In this document: positions 16,323-23,505 of the stretch, piece after piece
How positions within the stretch are numbered: position 1 is the first letter of the stretch
Layout of the letters: each line of letters starts with the position of its first letter
Virus record (IMG/VR): IMGVR_UViG_3300020707_000020
Coordinates: 1 to 24,604 of that record
Direction: 5' to 3' (one strand)
DNA from: a virus
Lineage: Duplodnaviria > Caudoviricetes
DNA: 24,604 bases
Notes under the pieces: model-generated
Told to the model about the DNA's origin: nothing
Seen by the model: the letters and a program-made list of their open reading frames with translations, nothing else
Database searches by the model: none
Position numbers and translations under genes: made by a program

Positions 16323-16918
16323 ATGCGTGTTTTAGTAGCGTGCGAGTTTAGCGGAACAGTAAGAGATGCGTTTATAAGAGCAGGTCATACCGCTTTATCT
16401 TGCGATCTTATGCCAACTGATAAACCAGGACCACACTATCAAGGTGATGTTATGGACATCATTGGGGGGGGTGGGATTTGATGATAGCTCACCCGCCTTG
16501 CACGCATTTGGCAGTATCAGGTGCTAGGCATTTTGAAAAGAAAAGGGCAGATGGAAGGCAGCAGGAGGGAATTGATTTCTTTATGGCATTAGCTAGAGCA
16601 GCCATTCCCCGTTACGCAATAGAGAACCCTATAGGAATTATGAGCAATATTTGGAGAAAACCCGATCAAATTATTCAACCTTGGCAATATGGGCATAGTG
16701 TTACAAAATCCACTTGCTTGTGGCTTAAAGGGCTGCCAGCTCTTACGCCTACGGATATAGTCGATAAAGGGGTAACTTGGACAGCCAAAAGCGGTAAAAG
16801 AATGTCGCAGTGGTATTACGACAGTAGTTGTTTAAATCCTAAAGAAAGGGAAAAGATGAGAAACAAAACATTTCAAGGTATAGCAGATGCTATGGCACAA
16901 CAATGGGGGATTTTATGA
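16323..16918 (+). pseudogene. Phage C5-cytosine DNA methyltransferase-like gene, frameshifted at a G8 tract (16464-16471)
   Basis: AAGGAG SD, then MRVLVACEFSGTVRDAF...GDVMDII, which stops at 16481. The downstream frame has WDLMIAHPPCTHL (PC motif IV) and AIENP (motif VI). One extra G joins them into 198 aa. Confidence 0.75.
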
Positions 16919-17073
16919 GTAAAGCAGATAAAGATGCGCAGAAGTGGCAAGAGATGAACCAGGCAGCTCAGTACCGAGAATGGATCAGAGCAACGGAAAC
17001 AGGTACGCCTTATTACATCAATCCTCAAGGCGATGTAGTGACTGAAGATAAAAAAACAACACCTAATAAATAA
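16915..17073 (+). CDS. 52-aa hypothetical protein
   Basis: GGGGGA SD and ATGA overlap; reads MSKADKDAQKWQEMNQ...TTPNK. Confidence 0.65.
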   Translation: MSKADKDAQKWQEMNQAAQYREWIRATETGTPYYINPQGDVVTEDKKTTPNK

Positions 17074-17074
17074 A

Positions 17075-17103
17075 TTGCACTAATCGTAGTAATGTAGTAA
17101 TGT
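17075..17103 (+). promoter_or_regulatory. Sigma70-like promoter for the recombination module
   Basis: TTGCAC-N17-TAATGT, with the same -35 hexamer as the leftward promoter at 16319. Confidence 0.5.
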
Positions 17104-17149
17104 TCTATCTGTAGTAACTGAAACCCTAACTATTTAATAAGGAATAATC

Positions 17150-17362
17150 ATGGAATATTGCGTTAATTGCAAACACCTAGACCACTCGACACTTTCGTGT
17201 GCGAAAAGCTCAACAATAAGCCTAGTAACAGGCAAAGCGCTATACAGTAGCGCATATCTATATCGTCAAGACGAGCATTATTGCGGTAAAGATGGCAAAT
17301 GGTTTGAATTTATGGAAACTGAAGATCTTGACGATCTCTCAGCAATCCCTTTTGGTAAATAA
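17150..17362 (+). CDS. Small Cys-rich (putative Zn-binding) protein with acidic IPF tail
   Basis: CVNCKH...C...C, ending EDLDDLSAIPFGK; TAAGGA SD. Confidence 0.75.
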   Translation: MEYCVNCKHLDHSTLSCAKSSTISLVTGKALYSSAYLYRQDEHYCGKDGKWFEFMETEDLDDLSAIPFGK

Positions 17363-17382
17363 CCTATCTAATGGAGTTAATC

Positions 17383-17652
17383 ATGGCAAAAACACCAAGC
17401 AGTAAGAATAAACCTAAGACACCTTTTCCAGTGAAGGCAGTTGATAAGAAGATCAATGATGCTTACACCAAAAAAGAAGTAGATCGTCTTAAAAACCTAG
17501 TCGCAAGGCAAGATGACCTTATAGCTCAGATGCTAGATGAGTTAAAACAAGAGCAGATCAAAACTGGCATGCTAGGTCAAGAGTTAGAAGATCTAGAAGA
17601 TGAGATCGACAGTTGGAAAGAGATTGTTAAAACCATTATGGAGGTGGTATGA
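17383..17652 (+). CDS. Coiled-coil hypothetical protein
   Basis: The start was moved to ATG 17383 based on the GGAG SD. Confidence 0.7.
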   Translation: MAKTPSSKNKPKTPFPVKAVDKKINDAYTKKEVDRLKNLVARQDDLIAQMLDELKQEQIKTGMLGQELEDLEDEIDSWKEIVKTIMEVV

Positions 17653-18548
17653 ACGATCAAGCAGATTTTGCACCAGAGATAAGGCGTTCCGCCATATGGT
17701 CAGGTGACAGTCGTAAGGTCGCTAATGGCAAGATGGTAGATGTCATCTTAGAGAAGCAAGGTAAGAAGGAGCTAAAAGACCTCTCAGGCGTGGAAGCAGT
17801 GCAGATGGGTCATGTCATGCAACCTTTGATTGGAAAGCTGGCTCAAGATCGTTTAAAGATGGAGTTAAAAGATGCTGATTACTCGATTACCCATTCAAAG
17901 CATACTTGGTTTAAATCTCATTTTGATTTCATTAGTGCTGATGGTGGTGTGCTTGTTGAAGCTAAAAACTACAACGCAGCAGTTCGCTCTAAGTTTGATC
18001 CCGACACTAATCGGATTCCTGATGCTGATTACGCACAACTTGTCCACGAAGCTGCTTGCCACAATGTTAATCGGATCTTTTTGGCTGTTTTATTTGGTGG
18101 TCAAGAGTTTCATACCTTTGAATTTACTATTTCAGACCAAGAAAAAGATGATCTCATACAGAAAATGGCTACAGTTTGGGGTCATTGCCAAGCGGGTACG
18201 CTTCCGCCAGCAGAAACCATTGAGCAAACTAAGATCATTTACCCGTCATCCTCTACTGCGGTGGTTACGGCTACACAGCAAGTTGAGTTGGCTATCGCTC
18301 AGTTACGGGATGTCAAGAATCAGATTAAACACCTTGAAGCTACTGAGGAGCAGATTGAAGTGGCTGTCCGAAATCTTATGGGAGAGTGCCAAGAGATTAG
18401 AACAGTGGATGGACAGACATTAGTTTCTTGGAAGTCCTCTAAAAGCTCTAAGAAGTTCTCAGCATCACTGTTTCAGAGTGCCATGCCTGATATTTATGAG
18501 CAGTTTGTAGTCGAGCAGCCAGGTTCTCGGAGGTTCTTAGTCAAATGA
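17649..18548 (+). CDS. YqaJ-like viral recombinase exonuclease (lambda-exo family)
   Basis: It has the PD-(D/E)xK-type motif SHFDFISADGGVLVEAKN, IPDADYAQLVH, and LAVLFGGQEF. It is adjacent to a RecT-like gene. Confidence 0.85.
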   Translation: MNDQADFAPEIRRSAIWSGDSRKVANGKMVDVILEKQGKKELKDLSGVEAVQMGHVMQPLIGKLAQDRLKMELKDADYSITHSKHTWFKSHFDFISADGGVLVEAKNYNAAVRSKFDPDTNRIPDADYAQLVHEAACHNVNRIFLAVLFGGQEFHTFEFTISDQEKDDLIQKMATVWGHCQAGTLPPAETIEQTKIIYPSSSTAVVTATQQVELAIAQLRDVKNQIKHLEATEEQIEVAVRNLMGECQEIRTVDGQTLVSWKSSKSSKKFSASLFQSAMPDIYEQFVVEQPGSRRFLVK

Positions 18549-18760
18549 CAAAACCAAAAACATTTAAACAAATAATGAATAAGTTAGTTTATCAAGAACA
18601 AGTTATTTCTGGCACAGAGGAGGAAATAAATGATATGGAGATGGACATACATGATTTGAAAGTGGAAAACGCAAGATTAAAAGATGCTTTAGTTAAATAT
18701 GCCCACAAAATCATTTATTTACAATCAATTATTAAGGGGTTCAAAGATGACCAACATTGA
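18545..18760 (+). CDS. Coiled-coil hypothetical protein
   Basis: 71 aa with an ATGA overlap. Confidence 0.65.
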   Translation: MTKPKTFKQIMNKLVYQEQVISGTEEEINDMEMDIHDLKVENARLKDALVKYAHKIIYLQSIIKGFKDDQH

Positions 18761-18836
18761 TATTGCAATTTGGGTGATGGCTGCCAGCTCAGTCATTGAT
18801 ACAGTAATTACATTAGCGGAGATGATTCATGCGTGA
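18747..18836 (+). CDS. 29-aa hydrophobic peptide (MTNIDIAIWVMAASSVIDTVITLAEMIHA)
   Basis: AAGGGG SD; fills the gap between neighbouring genes and overlaps both. Confidence 0.5.
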   Translation: MTNIDIAIWVMAASSVIDTVITLAEMIHA

Positions 18837-19248
18837 TATTCCAGAATATGAATATTTGTATGCTGTAACTGTTCAAGGTTTGATATGGTCTTATCCCAAT
18901 AAAATACATGAAGGAAGGTATTTAAAACCTTGCAAAACAAGAAACGGGTATTTTCAAGTTGTTTTATCTAAAGAAGGTAAGACTAAAAAGTTTTATGTTC
19001 ATCGCCTGGTTGCACAAGTTTATCTTTTGCAAGACGAAAAAAGACTTCATGTGAATCATAAAGATGGGGATAAATTAAATAATTGGGTTAGCAATCTTGA
19101 ATGGGTAACGCCATCCGAAAATAAGCAGCACGCATTTAAGACTGGATTAACAAAGATGAAGCCTTCACAAATTGAGGCATCAAGACGCAATATTACGCAT
19201 TACAACCTAACTAAAGGAAAAAATCATGTCCAACATAATCCCGTTTGA
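18829..19248 (+). CDS. NUMOD4-HNH homing endonuclease-like protein
   Basis: RDIPEYEYLYAVTVQGLIWS (NUMOD4-like), VHRLVA, and VNHKDGDKLNNWVSNLEWVTPSEN. Confidence 0.9.
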   Translation: MRDIPEYEYLYAVTVQGLIWSYPNKIHEGRYLKPCKTRNGYFQVVLSKEGKTKKFYVHRLVAQVYLLQDEKRLHVNHKDGDKLNNWVSNLEWVTPSENKQHAFKTGLTKMKPSQIEASRRNITHYNLTKGKNHVQHNPV

Positions 19249-20050
19249 CGAGAAAGTTAAATTAGCAGAGGCGTTTGCCAAGTCCAAGTTATTTGGAATG
19301 ACTGATGCAAACCAAGTATTAGCTCTCATGGCAGTTTGTGAGGCAGAGGGTATTCATCCCGCTAAAGCAGTTCAGGAATACCATGTTATCCAAGGCAGAC
19401 CAGCATTGAAGGCTGATGCGATGCTTGCCCGTTTCCAAAATGCAGGTGGCAAAGTCGAATGGAAGGAGTACACAGATGAGCAAGTTACAGGAGTTTTTTC
19501 ACATCCCAACGGGGGTAACCTTGCGGTTACATGGACCATTGGACAAGCCACCAAAATTGGTCTTGTTAAACCAGGAAGCGGATGGCAAAAGTTTCCCAGA
19601 GCGATGCTCAGAAGCCGTTGTATTTCAGAGGGGATTAGATCAGTTTTCCCTGGATCTGTTACGGGGTTCTACTCGCCAGATGAAGTCGAAAACTTCGAAA
19701 CCCAGACCGCCAAGCCTACCGTATTAAAAGACATGGGATCAGTCATTCCTAGCGTAGTGGATCTTTCCGCTATTCCTGATGACATCCCTGATATGGCATT
19801 GCCGATGTATGTTCCTGGTAATGATGTTCCGTATGCGCATTATGTTTGTAAAGATGATTGGATTGATGGTTTCGCAGAGATGCACGCCAAGATCCATGAA
19901 TCAAGCAAGATGACACCAGAGGAAAAGTTCTCCAAGATAAAGGCATTTAGAGATGTCAATGAAGCCTATACAAAAACATTTGACGGCAATACTACAGCGA
20001 AGTTCTTATCAAAACTCCAAGCAATTAGAAAGGAAATCAACAATGGCTAA
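19226..20050 (+). CDS. RecT/Red-beta-like single-strand annealing protein
   Basis: YHVIQGRPALKADAMLA...WQKFPRAMLRSRCISEGIRSVFP...GFYSPDE; paired with the YqaJ exonuclease. Confidence 0.75.
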   Translation: MSNIIPFDEKVKLAEAFAKSKLFGMTDANQVLALMAVCEAEGIHPAKAVQEYHVIQGRPALKADAMLARFQNAGGKVEWKEYTDEQVTGVFSHPNGGNLAVTWTIGQATKIGLVKPGSGWQKFPRAMLRSRCISEGIRSVFPGSVTGFYSPDEVENFETQTAKPTVLKDMGSVIPSVVDLSAIPDDIPDMALPMYVPGNDVPYAHYVCKDDWIDGFAEMHAKIHESSKMTPEEKFSKIKAFRDVNEAYTKTFDGNTTAKFLSKLQAIRKEINNG

Positions 20051-20309
20051 TGGTCATATCGCCCAGATGGGCAAAGGTGTTCTGTTTCAGAACGAAAAGA
20101 AAACCAATGAGCGTTCACCCGACTGGAAAGGTACGCTATTGCTCTCAGAGGACTATAAAGCGGGTCAAACACTCAAGATTGCGGGATGGACTAAGCAAAC
20201 CCCTAAAGGTAGCTTAATTAGCTTATCTGAGGATAACTGGAAACCACAGAACCCTGGCGTTTATCCAAAAGAAGTGAATCGTGTCGATGATTCCGAAATT
20301 CCGTTTTAA
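20043..20309 (+). CDS. Putative phage ssDNA-binding protein
   Basis: GVLFQNEKK...SPDWKG...IAGW...ISLS with the SSB-type C-terminus DDSEIPF. AAGGA SD before ATG 20043. Confidence 0.65.
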   Translation: MANGHIAQMGKGVLFQNEKKTNERSPDWKGTLLLSEDYKAGQTLKIAGWTKQTPKGSLISLSEDNWKPQNPGVYPKEVNRVDDSEIPF

Positions 20310-20319
20310 GGAGAAAATT

Positions 20320-20466
20320 ATGAAAAAATTTGTTATTGCTTATGTAATATCTTTACTTTTTGTAACCAGCGTGTTTGCAGCCACAAAATGTGAGCGTGAC
20401 ATCAATGGTGGTGTTTGCTGCTGGGATACCAATACCGAAGGACCATTTAAACCAATTAACTGCTGA
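20320..20466 (+). CDS. Small exported Cys-rich peptide with Sec signal peptide
   Basis: AAGGAG SD; reads MKKFVIAYVISLLFVTSVFA|ATKCERDINGGVCCWDTNTEGPFKPINC. Confidence 0.75.
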   Translation: MKKFVIAYVISLLFVTSVFAATKCERDINGGVCCWDTNTEGPFKPINC

Positions 20467-20849
20467 TGATTTACATAAACTTACCTTACCCGCCATCAAT
20501 CAATAACTATTGGATTGCTAGTGGGCATCGTAGGTTTATAAGCCAACGGGGAAGGGATTTTAAGAATCATGTTGCAGAATATTGTGCGGAATGGCGTGTA
20601 CCTAAGTTTGGAGATGCTCCCATGTGGGTTGAAATCGTCTTACATCCAAGATCCAAAAAACTCATGGATATTGACAACTGTATTAAGCCCATTTTGGATG
20701 CCTTACAAGATGCTGGAGTTTTCGATGACGATTGCCAGGTACAACGGGTATCTATTACAAGAGGTGTGCCGAAAAAGGGTGGCGGTTGTGTAGTCATGCT
20801 TGATCGGATGGAGGATCACTCCGCAAGCTCAGATGCGAATTTGGCGTAA
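20466..20849 (+). CDS. rusA: RusA-family Holliday junction resolvase
   Basis: LPYPPSINNYW and DIDNCIKPILDALQDAGVFDDDCQV. Confidence 0.92.
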   Translation: MIYINLPYPPSINNYWIASGHRRFISQRGRDFKNHVAEYCAEWRVPKFGDAPMWVEIVLHPRSKKLMDIDNCIKPILDALQDAGVFDDDCQVQRVSITRGVPKKGGGCVVMLDRMEDHSASSDANLA

Positions 20850-20907
20850 ATTAGCCAGATAGTTAGGTGGGCTACGGTGAGGGTCTTTTTGAGCAGCTCA
20901 CCACTAT
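20822..20907 (+). ncRNA. Candidate small structured RNA carrying the complement (TAGTTAGGT) of the early-gene leader motif
   Basis: Hairpins CGCA/TGCG, TTTGGC/GCCAGA, and either ATAGT-GGTGGGCT/AGCTCACC-ACTAT or GGTGAG/CTCACC. TAGTTAGGT lies at 20860-20868. Confidence 0.4.
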
Positions 20908-20921
20908 TTATGGGGATAAAT

Positions 20922-21008
20922 ATGACATTATTATTTTGGCGTAAAAAGAAGTGCTACGAAATAGTGAAAGTTTGTAAGGATTGCGTGGTTATCAAGGAGT
21001 TTGTATGA
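20922..21008 (+). CDS. 28-aa Cys-containing peptide
   Basis: GGGGA SD; reads MTLLFWRKKKCYEIVKVCKDCVVIKEFV; ATGA overlap with the next gene. Confidence 0.45.
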   Translation: MTLLFWRKKKCYEIVKVCKDCVVIKEFV

Positions 21009-21277
21009 CAGTCGCTCAGACTTCGATTAACGCTTATAAAGAACATAGGGCTAGTGGCAAAGTAGGCGCACAAGCTAAAGCCATATTGGACTTTATGAAC
21101 CTTGGTGAGAGTTATTCACGCAGAGAGCTTCATGTTTTAACTGGATTAGAGTTAAGTTCAATTTGCGGTAGGGTCAATGAATTACTAGAGATGGGGATGC
21201 TTAAGGAAGGATCTAAGCGCAAATGTATGGTTACTAAAAAGACGGTTTCACCTGTTATTAAGGATTCGTTGTTTTAA
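21005..21277 (+). CDS. Winged-helix DNA-binding protein
   Basis: AILDFM...SRRELHVLTGLELSSICGRVNELLEMGML; AAGGAG SD before ATG 21005. Confidence 0.75.
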   Translation: MTVAQTSINAYKEHRASGKVGAQAKAILDFMNLGESYSRRELHVLTGLELSSICGRVNELLEMGMLKEGSKRKCMVTKKTVSPVIKDSLF

Positions 21278-21894
21278 TGAAAAATTGCGCAAAAGAAGAT
21301 TTGATTGCGTTTGAGAAAGCGGTAGCATCTCATTGGGAAGCGGGAGATTTACCCTACCTCATTCACCTATCAGGCGGTAATGAGGATTTTTTGATTGACT
21401 TGTTCAAGGAGATTAAAGATGGAGATTGGATTTTCAGCACTCATCGGAATCACCATCACGCTCTATTGGCTGGAATACCCGCAAATGAGCTTATGGCAAG
21501 CATTTTGGATGGCGATTCTATGTTTATTTTCGACAATAACCGTCACTTTTTTACTTCGAGCATTTTATCTGGCACTTGCGCTATTGCAACAGGTCTGGCT
21601 TATGCTTTAAAAGAAGAAGGTAGCTCTAGTAGGGTCTGGTGTTTCTTAGGTGATGGTGCAGAAGAACAAGGACACTTCTATGAGGCGGTAATGATGGTCC
21701 AAGGACATGATCTACCTTGTACATTTATTATTGAAGATAACAACCGTAGCGTAGATTCAACGCTAGAGGAACGCTTACCTTATCAGTTTAGGTTTAGGCT
21801 GCCAGGATGCGTAATCCGCAACAACTACGATCCTACCTATCCTCATGCTGGCAACGGCACTAAAAAGCATATTGTTTTTAAGGATGTTAAATGA
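21277..21894 (+). CDS. TPP-dependent dehydrogenase E1 alpha-like subunit (short)
   Basis: HLSGGNE, FSTHRNHHHALLAG, and the TPP motif GDGAEEQG...FIIEDNN. Only 205 aa. Confidence 0.88.
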   Translation: MKNCAKEDLIAFEKAVASHWEAGDLPYLIHLSGGNEDFLIDLFKEIKDGDWIFSTHRNHHHALLAGIPANELMASILDGDSMFIFDNNRHFFTSSILSGTCAIATGLAYALKEEGSSSRVWCFLGDGAEEQGHFYEAVMMVQGHDLPCTFIIEDNNRSVDSTLEERLPYQFRFRLPGCVIRNNYDPTYPHAGNGTKKHIVFKDVK

Positions 21895-22406
21895 GCTACA
21901 AGGATGAGCTTACTAAAGCCAATACCAAATTAGCCCAAAACCCTCAAGTGCGTTTTATTGGCTATGGTCTTAAAAAAGGCAGAGCATTAGGTACGCTAAA
22001 AGAAGTGGCAGATAGTCAGATTATTGAGATGCCTGTAGCAGAGAACCTGATGATGGGGTTTGCAATAGGACTATCACTCAAGGGATACCTCCCAGTGGTC
22101 TTTATTGAGCGTATGGACTTCTTAATGAACGCAATGGATGCAATGGTCAACCATTTAGACAAAATAGCCAAAATCTCTCATGGTGAGTTCCACCCAAAAG
22201 TCATTATTCGTTGCATTGTGGGCAATACCAAGAAGCCTCTTTATACAGGCGCTACTCATACTCAAGATTTAACCGAAGGAATACGCCAAATGGTGAGCTT
22301 TCCTGTGTGGAAAATGAAAGATGAGGGTGATATTGAAGTGTTTTATGACCTTGCCAGCAAGACTTTTGATTCCGTAATGTTGGTCGAATATAAGGATTTA
22401 GCGTGA
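21891..22406 (+). CDS. TPP-dependent E1 beta/transketolase pyrimidine-binding domain (no C-terminal domain)
   Basis: IIEMPVAENLMMGFAIGLSLKGYLPVV..ERMDFLMNAMDAMVNH and GATHTQD. 171 aa. Confidence 0.88.
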   Translation: MSYKDELTKANTKLAQNPQVRFIGYGLKKGRALGTLKEVADSQIIEMPVAENLMMGFAIGLSLKGYLPVVFIERMDFLMNAMDAMVNHLDKIAKISHGEFHPKVIIRCIVGNTKKPLYTGATHTQDLTEGIRQMVSFPVWKMKDEGDIEVFYDLASKTFDSVMLVEYKDLA

Positions 22407-23497
22407 AAAGCAATAAATATAGCGATTTTAAGATCTTTCATCATCCAGAAAAGCTGATTTCTTTTGGGGCGGGGAAGGTTACTGCACCTGTGTATGTTCG
22501 GGTCAAGCCAATTAACCTTTGTAATCACGGATGTTTCTTTTGCGTGTATAGCACTGGTTTTAGAGTAAAAGACGGTGGAGAAGAAGAACACATCGTTAGC
22601 GGTATGCACGAGGACATGAAGGAAGATGACATCATCCCTAGAGATAAGATGATTGAGATCTTGCATGACCTAGCCAACATGGGTACTAAAGCTATTACAT
22701 GGAGTGGGGGTGGAGAGCCATTGATGCACCCTGATATAGCAGACTTCATGCGCTTAACATTAGCTCTCAAGATGGACCTATCCATCATCACCAATGGTCA
22801 GAACCTAGTTAAAGAAAAAGCGGAAGTCTTAGCCAAAGCCAAGTGGGTGCGTGTATCAATGGATTACACCAATGGCGAGGAAATGAAGCGGTTTAGGAAT
22901 GTGCCAGAAAAGAGTTTTGATAGCATCATCCGCAATCTAAGAGGTTTTGCGGGAATGAAAGATGCGGGATGTGATCTGGCTGTTAATTATATTGTGCATC
23001 GCAACAATTACAAAAATCTTGGGGGACTAACCCAGTTATTAAAAGATAGCGGTGTTGAAAATGTGCGTTTCAGTCCAATGTATGTACCAGACTTTTATGA
23101 ATACCATAAACCGATAGCAGAGGAAGTTAATGAACAGCTTAAAAACATTCAAAAGATATGTGATGATCGCTTTACTGTTAACAGCACTTACAACATTACT
23201 CCTGGGAGTAGTCACTCTCATACTAGAAGCTATCACAAGTGCTTCATTATGCAGACCGTACCCGTCATCGGTGCAGACCTCAATGTATATGCTTGTCATA
23301 ACAAAGCCTACGATAAGTCAGGATGTATAGGATCTATCAAAGACAGTAGCTTTCATAGGCTATGGTTTAGCCCTGAAACACAAGCCTATATGGACAAATT
23401 CAATGCTAAGACCACTTGTATGCACGAGTGTTCTAACGACAGAAAGAACATATTGATTAACGAAGTCATTAACGCTAGTACCGACAACTTTATTTAA
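22403..23497 (+). CDS. Radical SAM enzyme with SPASM/Twitch-like domain
   Basis: CNHGCFFC, SGGGEPLMHP and ITNG. The C-terminus reads CFIM...GADLNVYAC...IGSIKDSSFHRLW...CMHEC. GTG start. Confidence 0.92.
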   Translation: MKSNKYSDFKIFHHPEKLISFGAGKVTAPVYVRVKPINLCNHGCFFCVYSTGFRVKDGGEEEHIVSGMHEDMKEDDIIPRDKMIEILHDLANMGTKAITWSGGGEPLMHPDIADFMRLTLALKMDLSIITNGQNLVKEKAEVLAKAKWVRVSMDYTNGEEMKRFRNVPEKSFDSIIRNLRGFAGMKDAGCDLAVNYIVHRNNYKNLGGLTQLLKDSGVENVRFSPMYVPDFYEYHKPIAEEVNEQLKNIQKICDDRFTVNSTYNITPGSSHSHTRSYHKCFIMQTVPVIGADLNVYACHNKAYDKSGCIGSIKDSSFHRLWFSPETQAYMDKFNAKTTCMHECSNDRKNILINEVINASTDNFI

Positions 23498-23505
23498 GGA
23501 AAATC

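Noticed and set aside
17872-18423. 183-aa alternative-frame ORF inside the exonuclease gene
   Set aside because: It is fully nested, Leu/Lys-rich as expected from a shifted frame of an AT-rich gene, and has no motifs.
21277-22406. Calling these pdhA/pdhB central-metabolism genes
   Set aside because: Both subunits are truncated, the E2-binding domain is missing, no E2/E3 is present, and the context is radical SAM plus glycosyltransferase.
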